Source of the DNA: an uncultured Gammaproteobacteria bacterium
GTDB taxonomy: Bacteria > Patescibacteriota > Patescibacteriia > Magasanikbacterales > GWA2-37-8
Direction: 5' to 3'
DNA: 64,000 nt
Assembly: GCA_964514995.1 (NCBI GenBank)
Contig: CAZETA010000002.1
Span: forward strand, 10,530 to 74,529
The position numbers were made by a program, and so were the translations under genes. Under the pieces are notes generated by a model, which was given only the letters and a program-made list of their open reading frames with translations, was not told the origin of the DNA and did no database searches. Positions 48,244 to 56,412 of this stretch are shown here, piece by piece; the first letter of the stretch is position 1, and each line of letters starts with the position of its first letter.

Positions 48244-48948
48244 TTATAAAGATAGGGTACTCTTTAAAAATTCAATTGATTCTTGCTTCATTATATCAAT
48301 AGCTAGATCAGTATTCAAGAGTTCTATCTTTGTGCCTCTATTCTGAAAAAGTTTTTGATACTCGGTCGACAGATATGTGGACATAGCTTTTTGTTGGAAG
48401 TCTAGCTTGTCAAAAATAACATCATCTTGTTTTTCGTACCGGGTTGCAAGCCGCTGTTGGGCGGTTTCCGGGCTCATTTCGATGATACAGAGGTAATCAG
48501 GCCTGTGTTCCAGAGCTAGAGCATTCCCTGGCAGTGTGCTTAGCCAATCAAGACTTAAATTTCCATTAAGCGATTGATAGCAGAGAGAGGTTGAGACGCC
48601 GCGGTCTTGGATGATATGTTTGTTATCTTTGAGAGCGGGGAGGATAATTTTTGTGTACAGGATGAGTCTATCTAGAGAATAAGCCTGGGCGATGGCCTCG
48701 TCAGCGTAGCTAGTTCCATTTTTAATCAATTCTTCACGGATGACTTTACCAATGCCGGTATAGGTAGGCTCGGCGCTCAAAATAAAATTATAGGGCCTGA
48801 TCTCTTCGTAATTCGGATAGCGATTGTTTTCCAGCAGGTATTTTTTGAGGTCAAAGACAGAGAAATTTTGTTCCTCTAAATATTGTTTCCATGCTTCCAC
48901 AATTGTACTTTTTCCGCCACCTTCGATGCCGTCGATCATGACGAACAT
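48244..48948 (-). CDS. tmk: Thymidylate kinase
   Basis: DGIEGGGKST, EPT, DR...TS..YQ and PD motifs. Confidence 0.9.
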   Translation of the reverse strand: MFVMIDGIEGGGKSTIVEAWKQYLEEQNFSVFDLKKYLLENNRYPNYEEIRPYNFILSAEPTYTGIGKVIREELIKNGTSYADEAIAQAYSLDRLILYTKIILPALKDNKHIIQDRGVSTSLCYQSLNGNLSLDWLSTLPGNALALEHRPDYLCIIEMSPETAQQRLATRYEKQDDVIFDKLDFQQKAMSTYLSTEYQKLFQNRGTKIELLNTDLAIDIMKQESIEFLKSTLSL

Positions 48949-48953
48949 ACTGT

Positions 48954-49430
48954 TTATTTTTTAGAATATGTAACAAAAGAATAACCGGAATGATCTTCGC
49001 GCCAAGTTTCTTGCCAGGTATGCATATCAATGATTGGAAAAAATACATCACCGTCTGGCTCCTGGTCGATCCAGGTGATATAGAGCGTGTCAACTCGGTC
49101 TATCGTTTGTTTGTAAATGCTGGCCCCGCCGCAGATAAACACATCTTCGTCTTTTAGTTTATCCCAGACTTCGTCCAGAGAATAGCATACGCGGACGCCT
49201 TCGGGCGGTTGAAACTCCTTATCAATAGTTACCACTACCGTGTCTCGGCCGGGAAGTGGCTTACCCAAGTATCCGAGGATAGATTCAAATGTTTTTTGTC
49301 CCATCACACAGGTTTTGCCTAAAGTGGTTTTTTTGAAATACTGAAAATCCTCTGGTACGTTCCAGGGGATTTTGTTATTTTTTCCAATACAATTGTTTTT
49401 TGCCACCGCGGCAATGAGAGAAAAAGACAT
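48954..49430 (-). CDS. folA: Dihydrofolate reductase
   Basis: IG..N.IPW..PED, MG.KT.ES, PLPGR, GGA.IY and GD.FFP motifs. Confidence 0.95.
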   Translation of the reverse strand: MSFSLIAAVAKNNCIGKNNKIPWNVPEDFQYFKKTTLGKTCVMGQKTFESILGYLGKPLPGRDTVVVTIDKEFQPPEGVRVCYSLDEVWDKLKDEDVFICGGASIYKQTIDRVDTLYITWIDQEPDGDVFFPIIDMHTWQETWREDHSGYSFVTYSKK

Positions 49431-49431
49431 G

Positions 49432-50304
49432 TTAGACAGCGATATCAAATTTGATAGTTGGATAGCTTTGATAATTTAATATTTCCGTATCTTCAGCCTT
49501 CCAGTCAAAAATTGAGGTAAAATTATTTGTTTGTATTCTGGGCAGAGGGTAGAGGTTTGGATCTCGGGCCAACTGTTCTTTCAAGCCCTCAACATGGTTG
49601 AGGTAGATATGTGTATCAGCCAAGAAGCCAACGAGCTTGCCTTCCTCGTAGCCGGTTTCTTTGGCTAGGAGATGGAGCATAGTGGCGTAGCTGGCAATAT
49701 TGAAGGGAAGTCCGAGAGCAACATCTACTGACCGCTGGTTCCATAGTACATTAAGTTTTCCATTTATCACCGTTACTTGGAAGCCATAATGACAGTAGGG
49801 CGGCACAGCCTTGTCTACGTCCATGGGATTCCAGGCCATGACGAGCATTCTGCGGCTGGAAGGGTCTTTTTTGAGGGTGTCTACTAATTTTTTCAGTTGA
49901 TCAATTCCTTGGCCTGTATAGTCCGTATCATAGGTTTTGTAGGTAGCGCCGAAATGCCGCCATTCCCAGCCATAGATAGTTCCAAGATCACGCTCATCGA
50001 GCATTTTTTTCTTTGTTTCTTCATCTTTGCCGTATTGCACCTTTAACGGCGTGCACCATTCATCCCAGATATGATTGTTTCTATCTTGCAGCCATTTTTT
50101 GTCGGTAATGCCTTTGATAAAAAATTCAAGTTCTGAAGCGACAAGACGGTAGGGGACCTTCTTCGTTGTCAGGAGTGGAAATCCTTTGGACATGTCGTGC
50201 TCAAACATAGCTCCGGCAATCGCAATAGTGCCCGTACCAGTACGGTCTTCTTTTTTTTCGCCATGTTCTAATATCTTACGGATTATGTCCAGGTAGGCTT
50301 GCAT
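49432..50304 (-). CDS. thyA: Thymidylate synthase
   Basis: DRTGTGT, FPLLTTK, SRR, PYCH, QRS.D and PFN motifs. Confidence 0.97.
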   Translation of the reverse strand: MQAYLDIIRKILEHGEKKEDRTGTGTIAIAGAMFEHDMSKGFPLLTTKKVPYRLVASELEFFIKGITDKKWLQDRNNHIWDEWCTPLKVQYGKDEETKKKMLDERDLGTIYGWEWRHFGATYKTYDTDYTGQGIDQLKKLVDTLKKDPSSRRMLVMAWNPMDVDKAVPPYCHYGFQVTVINGKLNVLWNQRSVDVALGLPFNIASYATMLHLLAKETGYEEGKLVGFLADTHIYLNHVEGLKEQLARDPNLYPLPRIQTNNFTSIFDWKAEDTEILNYQSYPTIKFDIAV

Positions 50305-50306
50305 AG

Positions 50307-50570
50307 CTATTCAATTGTTTGTTGTGGGCGTCCACCTGTTTGTTTGGGCCTCCTTGGCTTTTCTAAGGCCGCCCTAGGAATTGGTGGAGGTGTCTTTTTT
50401 CTTTTTTCAGCTTCTTCATCTAATTTTTGAGAAAACTGAGTTTCAGTTGCTATTCTCTTTTCTAGGTTTGCTTGCATCTCTGCTACCGCCGGATCAACTT
50501 GATTGATAACATCGTCCATATGCCTTTCTTTACTTCTTAGCATGTCTGGGATTCTTGGTCTTTCGCTCAT
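50307..50570 (-). CDS. Hypothetical protein
   Basis: 87-aa charged ORF inside the operon. Confidence 0.55.
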   Translation of the reverse strand: MSERPRIPDMLRSKERHMDDVINQVDPAVAEMQANLEKRIATETQFSQKLDEEAEKRKKTPPPIPRAALEKPRRPKQTGGRPQQTIE

Positions 50571-50600
50571 ATATTTAATTTTAAATAAATGAATTTATAT

Positions 50601-51032
50601 TTACGCTCCCGTACTCCCAAATCCGCCACGACTGACTTCGTTCATTTGATCCACTTCTTCCCACTCACCTCTGTCTATGCGGACAAAGACAGCCTGGCCG
50701 ATACGTTCGCCTTTGGCGACGCTCACTTCTTGGTCAGTGAAGTTGTATACCTGCATCATAACTTCGTCTTGTTCGCCATGGTAGTCTTGATCAATTATAC
50801 CAATCCCATTACGCAGGATCAAGCCTTTTTTTCTGGGTGTGCTTGAGCGGCTGGCGACCATGAGCATGTAGCCCTCAGGGACTTCTATTATTAGATTAGT
50901 TGGTAAAAGAACAAGCGCTTTTGGTTGGATGGTCATGTCGATGCGGCTGGAAAGATCAAAAGCGACCGCTCCGCTTGTTTGATAGGCGGGGAGGGGGATA
51001 GAGGTGTCAATTCTTTTGATTTTTACCTGCAT
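50601..51032 (-). CDS. dut: dUTPase
   Basis: AFDL, RSS, GIID.DY.G, RI.Q and RGGFGSTG motifs. Confidence 0.96.
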   Translation of the reverse strand: MQVKIKRIDTSIPLPAYQTSGAVAFDLSSRIDMTIQPKALVLLPTNLIIEVPEGYMLMVASRSSTPRKKGLILRNGIGIIDQDYHGEQDEVMMQVYNFTDQEVSVAKGERIGQAVFVRIDRGEWEEVDQMNEVSRGGFGSTGA

Positions 51033-51040
51033 AAACTTGT

Positions 51041-51607
51041 TTATTTTTTAGCCTTAATATCCGTTAGAATTTTTTCCATGTTAACAAAAAATTCTTCCTT
51101 AGTACCATCGTTAGTCAATGTATATTCTGCTTGTTTGCCTAGTTCTTTGATGAGCATATCAGCCTCAGCTTGTTCGTCTTTTAGAAATTGTTCAAAGGTT
51201 TTGTCGGCTTCGTCAGGATTTTCCTGGCGTAACACCATACGCTCCCATCGTGTTTTTGCATCAGCGGTAATATAGATGAGATGAAAACCTGTCAGCTCTT
51301 GCAGGTAGGTAATATCAGTCGGACGACGGATGCCTTCAACCGCGACGATGTTATTTTTGTCATTCAAAACATCTTTTACAATAACCTTGCTCATAATATC
51401 TTGTCCGTAGCGACTGCGCAGAAAAGTAGAGATATCTTGCAGGTTTTCTCGGGTTTTTTCTACATAGATTCTGTCAAGAATATCTCGCAGCATGGTGGAG
51501 AATCGATAGGCGTTTATGTCGTATTTTCCTTTCAGATATTGACAGATTGTGCCTTTGCCGCCGGCCAAATCACCGACAAATCCAAGGATTATTTTGTTGT
51601 TTTCCAT
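51041..51607 (-). CDS. P-loop nucleoside-monophosphate / dephospho-CoA kinase-like protein
   Basis: GDLAGGKGT, EGIR, R..R...R and NDG motifs. Confidence 0.8.
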   Translation of the reverse strand: MENNKIILGFVGDLAGGKGTICQYLKGKYDINAYRFSTMLRDILDRIYVEKTRENLQDISTFLRSRYGQDIMSKVIVKDVLNDKNNIVAVEGIRRPTDITYLQELTGFHLIYITADAKTRWERMVLRQENPDEADKTFEQFLKDEQAEADMLIKELGKQAEYTLTNDGTKEEFFVNMEKILTDIKAKK

Positions 51608-51616
51608 AAAGAATAG

Positions 51617-52084
51617 TTATTTTGCCCAATCGCAAATATATTGGTGGTATTTAATCTGCGCCCCGTCAAGCATTCTTCTGGAGGCTTTCCAAACATCCGT
51701 ATCATGGTATTTATCACTTTCAAAGATTATTTCCGTGATACCATTTTGGATAAGAGTTTTAGCACATTCGTTGCATGGGAAAAGCGTGCAATAAATTTTT
51801 CCACCCTTTACTGAGACGGCAGAATTATAGACGGCATTTTCTTCGGCGTGACAGACAAAAGCATATTTTGTTTCCAAAAATGAACCTTCTCGTTCCCACG
51901 GGAGTTGGTCGTTATCGATGCCTCGAGGGAAGCCGTTGTATCCCATACCGACCACAACATTATCTTGATTGACGATGACAGCCCCAGCTTGGGTGGAAGG
52001 ATCTTTTGAGCGTTCGGAAATTACATGCGCCATCCGCATGAAACATTCATCCCAAGAAATGTAGTTTTCTCTTGCTGTTTGCAT
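51617..52084 (-). CDS. dCMP deaminase
   Basis: RSKDP.TQ.GA, GYNG, HAE.NA and PCNEC motifs; start probably ATG 52084. Confidence 0.93.
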   Translation of the reverse strand: MQTARENYISWDECFMRMAHVISERSKDPSTQAGAVIVNQDNVVVGMGYNGFPRGIDNDQLPWEREGSFLETKYAFVCHAEENAVYNSAVSVKGGKIYCTLFPCNECAKTLIQNGITEIIFESDKYHDTDVWKASRRMLDGAQIKYHQYICDWAK

Positions 52085-52142
52085 ATCGTTTAAATTATAT
52101 TTATACAATAAAGTCTAGCAAAACAATATTGCCTTGGCAAAT

Positions 52143-53195
52143 TTATATACTATGCAACTTTTTGTATTTTTCCGCCTCAAAAATGATTTTTTTGGCCACG
52201 GATAATGTATAGGCCGGACGGGCACTTAGGGCGGTTTCGTTGCATAGCATGATACCGTCCGCCCCGTCTAAGACAATATTGGTAAGGTCCAAAATATCCG
52301 AACGCAAAGGAATGTAGTTGTGGATACTGCCTTCCAAAATTTGTGAGGAGATGATGATTTGTTTTTTGTAATTCTTCACGGTTTGAATAGCTTCTTTCTG
52401 GACAATACCGAGGCGTTCAAACGGTATATCTAACCCAAGTTTGCCTCGATTGAGAAGAATCAATTGATAAAAATCATCCTGGCAGATTTCTTCTAAATGT
52501 TGTAAGGCTGTTTGTGTTTCTATCCGGGCGATAATTTTTGGCCGCCAGCTAAGTTCGGACAATTGTTTTATTTTTTCATTAATTACAGGGCTGGCATAGG
52601 AAATCGCCAGGTAGTCTGGCTTGACTTCTTCAAGAGCGGCTAATATGGTCCGCTGCCTGTCGATATAACTTTCGTGTTCGGTATGTTGGTGGATATGAAT
52701 AGCTAAGTTGGACTGGATAGTGCCTTCATTAAGAATTTTCACCCTGATCGTATCTTTATTTATAATTTCGGTGATTTGAAGGGCGATCTTGCCCTGGTCG
52801 ATAGAGGTAATTTGGTTGATGTATACTTGGTTGCCTAATTCAGGTGTGTGTATGTAGATAAATTCATCGTTTGGTTCTTCGGTTTTTAATTCTTTGATCG
52901 GAAACGCGGCTCGAATTCCGGAAACAGATTTAAGAGTTAATTCTTCATTTTCTAGTACCACTCGCGGATGTTGGGGGCTTGTTAGCCGCATTTGGTTTGA
53001 AGGAAGATTGACAATGATTTTTGCAGAAGAGTTTAGTTCGTCAATTACTCGCATGCCTTTTTTTATCCGCTCTACGCTTTCTTCGATTGGTCCGGGAGAA
53101 AAATTATATCGTAAAGCATCGGCACCAGCCAAAATAATCTTTCTGATTTTCTCTTCAGAGAATTCACTGAGGCTCAAAGAGGCAACGATAAACAT
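52143..53195 (-). CDS. Pyruvate kinase-like protein, C-domain absent and active site divergent
   Basis: R.NFS.G, IET, RG.LG, Q.LE and DG.D.IML..ETA framework; only 350 aa. Confidence 0.85.
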   Translation of the reverse strand: MFIVASLSLSEFSEEKIRKIILAGADALRYNFSPGPIEESVERIKKGMRVIDELNSSAKIIVNLPSNQMRLTSPQHPRVVLENEELTLKSVSGIRAAFPIKELKTEEPNDEFIYIHTPELGNQVYINQITSIDQGKIALQITEIINKDTIRVKILNEGTIQSNLAIHIHQHTEHESYIDRQRTILAALEEVKPDYLAISYASPVINEKIKQLSELSWRPKIIARIETQTALQHLEEICQDDFYQLILLNRGKLGLDIPFERLGIVQKEAIQTVKNYKKQIIISSQILEGSIHNYIPLRSDILDLTNIVLDGADGIMLCNETALSARPAYTLSVAKKIIFEAEKYKKLHSI

Positions 53196-53247
53196 ATATA
53201 GGGTAGAGTAGCTAATGTGGGTAGTGTACCTAGATTGTCTAGAAAAG

Positions 53248-53274
53248 CAAATCCCGCCTTGTCGGCGGGATTTG
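53248..53274 (-). terminator. Hairpin/terminator after rplA
   Basis: CAAATCCCGCC...GGCGGGATTTG followed by CTTTT on the minus strand. Confidence 0.7.
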
Positions 53275-53278
53275 TGGT

Positions 53279-53953
53279 TTAAGCGCTTATTTTTACTGAC
53301 GGGCTCATCGTAGAGCAGAGGGTAATGTTTTTTAGGAAGGTTCCTTTGGCCGTGGCCGGCTTGGCTTTCTGTAAGGCATCTAAAAATGCTTGGATATTTT
53401 GTTTTAGTTTGTCTTCGCCAAAGCTGATTTTGCCGACTGCCTGATGGACATTTCCGCCATCGTCATTTTTGAAGGTGACTTTGCCTGTTTTGAGATCTTC
53501 AACCATTTTTTTGATATTGGTGCCAACAGTATCAGATTTTGGATTCGGCATGAGGCCTTTTGGACCGAGGACTCTGGCGACGGCTGCCATCTTCGGCATC
53601 ATATCAGGAGTCGTGATAGCTATATCAAATGAGAATTTGCCGGTATCTTTGATTTTTTTGATATCTTCTTCACCATAGACAAAATCTGCGCCAGCTTCTT
53701 TTGCCTCTTTTTCTTTTTCGGGGGCGACAAAAGCAGCAACGGTCTTTGATTTGCCGGTACCATGCGGTAAGACTACCGTAGCCCGAACTTGCTGTTCGGT
53801 TTTTTTGGTATTGATGCCTAAGTTAGCGTGAATTTCAACGGTTGCATCAAATTTTGTGATAGACACTTCTTTGAGAAGCTTGAGGGCTTCATCAAGTGAG
53901 TAGACCTTATTTTTGTCTACTTTAGCCAGACTGGCTGCCATTTTTTTTGACAT
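53279..53953 (-). CDS. rplA: 50S ribosomal protein L1
   Basis: KFD.TVE, LPHGTGK and LGPKGLMPNPK motifs. Confidence 0.98.
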   Translation of the reverse strand: MSKKMAASLAKVDKNKVYSLDEALKLLKEVSITKFDATVEIHANLGINTKKTEQQVRATVVLPHGTGKSKTVAAFVAPEKEKEAKEAGADFVYGEEDIKKIKDTGKFSFDIAITTPDMMPKMAAVARVLGPKGLMPNPKSDTVGTNIKKMVEDLKTGKVTFKNDDGGNVHQAVGKISFGEDKLKQNIQAFLDALQKAKPATAKGTFLKNITLCSTMSPSVKISA

Positions 53954-53968
53954 AAAATTATAGGTTAA

Positions 53969-54001
53969 GTGGTACAAACCCCCGAGTGTTCGGGGTCCCA
54001 C
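53969..54001 (-). promoter_or_regulatory. Putative L1-binding autoregulatory leader
   Basis: GUGG-GA-CCCCGA...UCGGGG-GUUUGUA-CCAC helix/internal loop/helix just upstream of the start; own promoter TTGACA-N17-TATACT at 54041-54013. Confidence 0.7.
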
Positions 54002-54057
54002 TGATGAGGGAGAGTATATATGGAAAGGGCGATTTTGTCAATATGCATAGGTTTTTA

Positions 54058-54086
54058 TTGACAAGCAGTGGTATTTCATCTATACT
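54058..54086 (+). promoter_or_regulatory. Sigma70 promoter for the GC-rich ORF
   Basis: TTGACA-N17-TATACT. Confidence 0.75.
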
Positions 54087-54191
54087 GAAGCCTTGTTGAT
54101 TTTTGTTTTGGGGAATTTTGCATAATTTTTTGTGTAAACTTTCCCCGAAATAAGAAGTTTAACCACAGACTAACAGGTCGGGGGGCCTGTT

Positions 54192-54446
54192 ATGATTGGA
54201 GACCGAGAAGAAATGGATGGTCCAGTCTGCCGTCACTCCTTCTATTCGTTGAGCTACACGTCTACAGGTGCTGATGGCCAGCCCAAGGTGCGCCTTCGGC
54301 AGGTTGTGTGTAGGTCGTGTGGAGAGGGAAGTGGCGTCATGCAGGTCTCTCATGACGCGACCGTTGGCCACGAGTCAATTGAATCTCGTCCCGAAGAGCT
54401 TGCCACGAGTGCATGCCCCATCGTGAATGCCCTGTTCACGATTTAA
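54192..54446 (+). CDS. GC-rich orphan protein (84 aa) with Cys/His motifs
   Basis: GGGGGG 6 nt before the ATG; CRH...CRSC...C; hairpin 54457-54514 and terminator 54529-54565 downstream. Confidence 0.65.
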   Translation: MIGDREEMDGPVCRHSFYSLSYTSTGADGQPKVRLRQVVCRSCGEGSGVMQVSHDATVGHESIESRPEELATSACPIVNALFTI

Positions 54447-54580
54447 GCACGTCACTTTCACCGTCGTCCCGCCTTTAGCGGATAAAGTAGTTATCCATTA
54501 GAGGCGACGGTGAATTTCTTTATTATATACAAAACACTCTTTTTGCGAAGGGTGTTTTGTTTTTTAAGACCCTTGTCAAC

Positions 54581-54597
54581 TATTACAGTGTGTAGTA
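54581..54597. promoter_or_regulatory. Palindromic operator TATTAC-N5-GTAGTA within promoter TTGTCA-N17-TAGAAT
   Basis: Direct motif match. Confidence 0.65.
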
Positions 54598-54685
54598 GAA
54601 TATATAAGTTAATTTTAATTTTTATATTCTAATTCGTTTAGAAATAATCAAGAACATTTGATTGTTTCTTTCCTTCATTTCGTAC

Positions 54686-55171
54686 ATGAAAAATAAGTTA
54701 GGGGTATTGGTAAGTTTAGGCGCGTTAGTAATTTTGGTGGGAGCCGGCTGTTCTTCAAAAACCAGTGTTACTACCGAGGCCAATAATGCCGACAGGACCG
54801 CAGAGACGAATTCTGCTAATATGACACAGCCAGAATCAACTACTGAAACTCAACCAGCGAGTGAAACTGAGACTAGGCCAGTAGTAGAAGTAAAAACCGA
54901 AACTACAGTAAAAACAGAGGTAGAAACAGGCAGATCAATGCTCACTATGGCAGAAGTTGCCAAACATAATGTAAAAGAGGATTGCTATATCGTAGTGCGA
55001 GACATGGTGTATGATGTTACCAAAGGTATCGATCAGCATCCAGGCGGACCAGATAAGATTATTCCTTTGTGCGGCAAAGACGCTACAGCTGCTTTTTCCG
55101 GTCAGCACGGAGGTCAGCCGCAGCCAGAGGCAGCGCTTGCCAGTATGAAAATCGGCGCACTACAGAAATAA
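54686..55171 (+). CDS. Lipoprotein with a cytochrome b5-like heme-binding domain
   Basis: Lipobox LVGAGC, T/E-rich linker, EV.KHN...DC, VYDVT, HPGG and GKDAT..F...H. Confidence 0.9.
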   Translation: MKNKLGVLVSLGALVILVGAGCSSKTSVTTEANNADRTAETNSANMTQPESTTETQPASETETRPVVEVKTETTVKTEVETGRSMLTMAEVAKHNVKEDCYIVVRDMVYDVTKGIDQHPGGPDKIIPLCGKDATAAFSGQHGGQPQPEAALASMKIGALQK

Positions 55172-55183
55172 TTATTCATAAAT

Positions 55184-55213
55184 AAAAAAGACCTCATAAA
55201 TGGGGTCTTTTTT
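55184..55213. terminator. Bidirectional terminator
   Basis: AAAAAAGACCTCA...TGGGGTCTTTTTT. Confidence 0.8.
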
Positions 55214-55226
55214 ATTATGTATATTT

Positions 55227-55763
55227 TTATTTCAGCAGATGAGAAAATTTTTGTTTGAGTTTGACGATCTTGGGGTCAATTACAATTTGGCAGTATGGTT
55301 TGTTCTGGTTATTGGCGTAATAATTTTGATGATAGTCTTCGGCCGGGTAGAAAACGTCTAAAGGCTTAATTTCGGTCACAATAGGTTTGCTGAATGTTCT
55401 GTTATTGGTTAGATCTTCGACAAATTTTTCCGAAGCCCGTTTTTGTTCATCGGTAGTGTAGAAAATTGCGGAGCGGTATTGGTTGCCGATGTCATTACCT
55501 TGCTGGTTGAGAGTGGTGGGGTCATGTGAGGAAAAAAACACAGACAGCAATTCTTCCATACCAATAATGCTCGGGTTGTAGTCGATTTTGATGGCTTCGG
55601 CATGCCCTGTATCGCCACCGCAGATTTGTTCGTATGAGGGATTTGGCACCGTGCCTCCCGTATAGCCGGAAGTTACGCCCTCGACGCCTTTGAGTCGGTT
55701 AAAAATCGCCTCCACGCACCAGAAGCAGCCACCAGCGAAGATAATTGATTGAATAGAACTCAT
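55227..55763 (-). CDS. msrA: Peptide methionine sulfoxide reductase A
   Basis: GGCFWC, GHAEA, HDPT, QYRS and AE.YHQ.Y motifs. Confidence 0.97.
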   Translation of the reverse strand: MSSIQSIIFAGGCFWCVEAIFNRLKGVEGVTSGYTGGTVPNPSYEQICGGDTGHAEAIKIDYNPSIIGMEELLSVFFSSHDPTTLNQQGNDIGNQYRSAIFYTTDEQKRASEKFVEDLTNNRTFSKPIVTEIKPLDVFYPAEDYHQNYYANNQNKPYCQIVIDPKIVKLKQKFSHLLK

Positions 55764-55764
55764 C

Positions 55765-56343
55765 TTATCTTGCATTCTTGAGAGCTTTTGCCCACCACAA
55801 GAGCTGAGCGATCATTTTTTGGGCCTGATCGGTCGCTTTTGCGAACATATCGGCAGCTTGAGCGTGACCGAATAGGACAGGGAAGTATTCGTTGCCGAGG
55901 AAGTGTACTGCTTCACGAACTGGCGCCATTTGTAGTTCTACAGCCATTAGACGTAAGTGTTCCACAGCTCGAGCGCCACCGACACTGCCATAACTCACAA
56001 AACCGACAGTTTTATTGTTCCATTCTTGGTAAACCCAATCTAAGGCGTTTTTAAGAACTCCCGAAGTGCTATGGTTGTATTCTGGAGTAACGATAACATA
56101 GGCATCTCCCTCTGCGATTTTGGCGGTAAATCTGGCTACCTCGGGGTTTTTGTATGGCTCTTGTTTATAGGCTGGGCTGACCGGTTCGTTGAAAAATGGC
56201 AGGTCAAAATTTTTTAAATCCAAAATTTCAACATTCACACCTTCTGCCTTTTTTAATTCCTCGGCGATCCAAGCGGCCGGCTTGTCGCCGAACCTGCCTT
56301 CACGAGTGCTGCCGACAATGACTTTAATAGAAAGGTTATTCAT
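55765..56343 (-). CDS. NAD(P)H-dependent FMN reductase
   Basis: GSTREGR, TPEYNHS...LKNALD and GGARA motifs. Confidence 0.93.
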   Translation of the reverse strand: MNNLSIKVIVGSTREGRFGDKPAAWIAEELKKAEGVNVEILDLKNFDLPFFNEPVSPAYKQEPYKNPEVARFTAKIAEGDAYVIVTPEYNHSTSGVLKNALDWVYQEWNNKTVGFVSYGSVGGARAVEHLRLMAVELQMAPVREAVHFLGNEYFPVLFGHAQAADMFAKATDQAQKMIAQLLWWAKALKNAR

Positions 56344-56366
56344 AGTAGGTATGTTTAAAAATAAAA

Positions 56367-56383
56367 TACTACGGAGTGTAGTA
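56367..56383. promoter_or_regulatory. Palindromic operator TACTAC-N5-GTAGTA overlapping an extended -10 (TGCTATACT, minus strand)
   Basis: Direct motif match. Confidence 0.7.
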
Positions 56384-56412
56384 TAGCAGAAAAAAACAAA
56401 TGCGCAAGTCGA

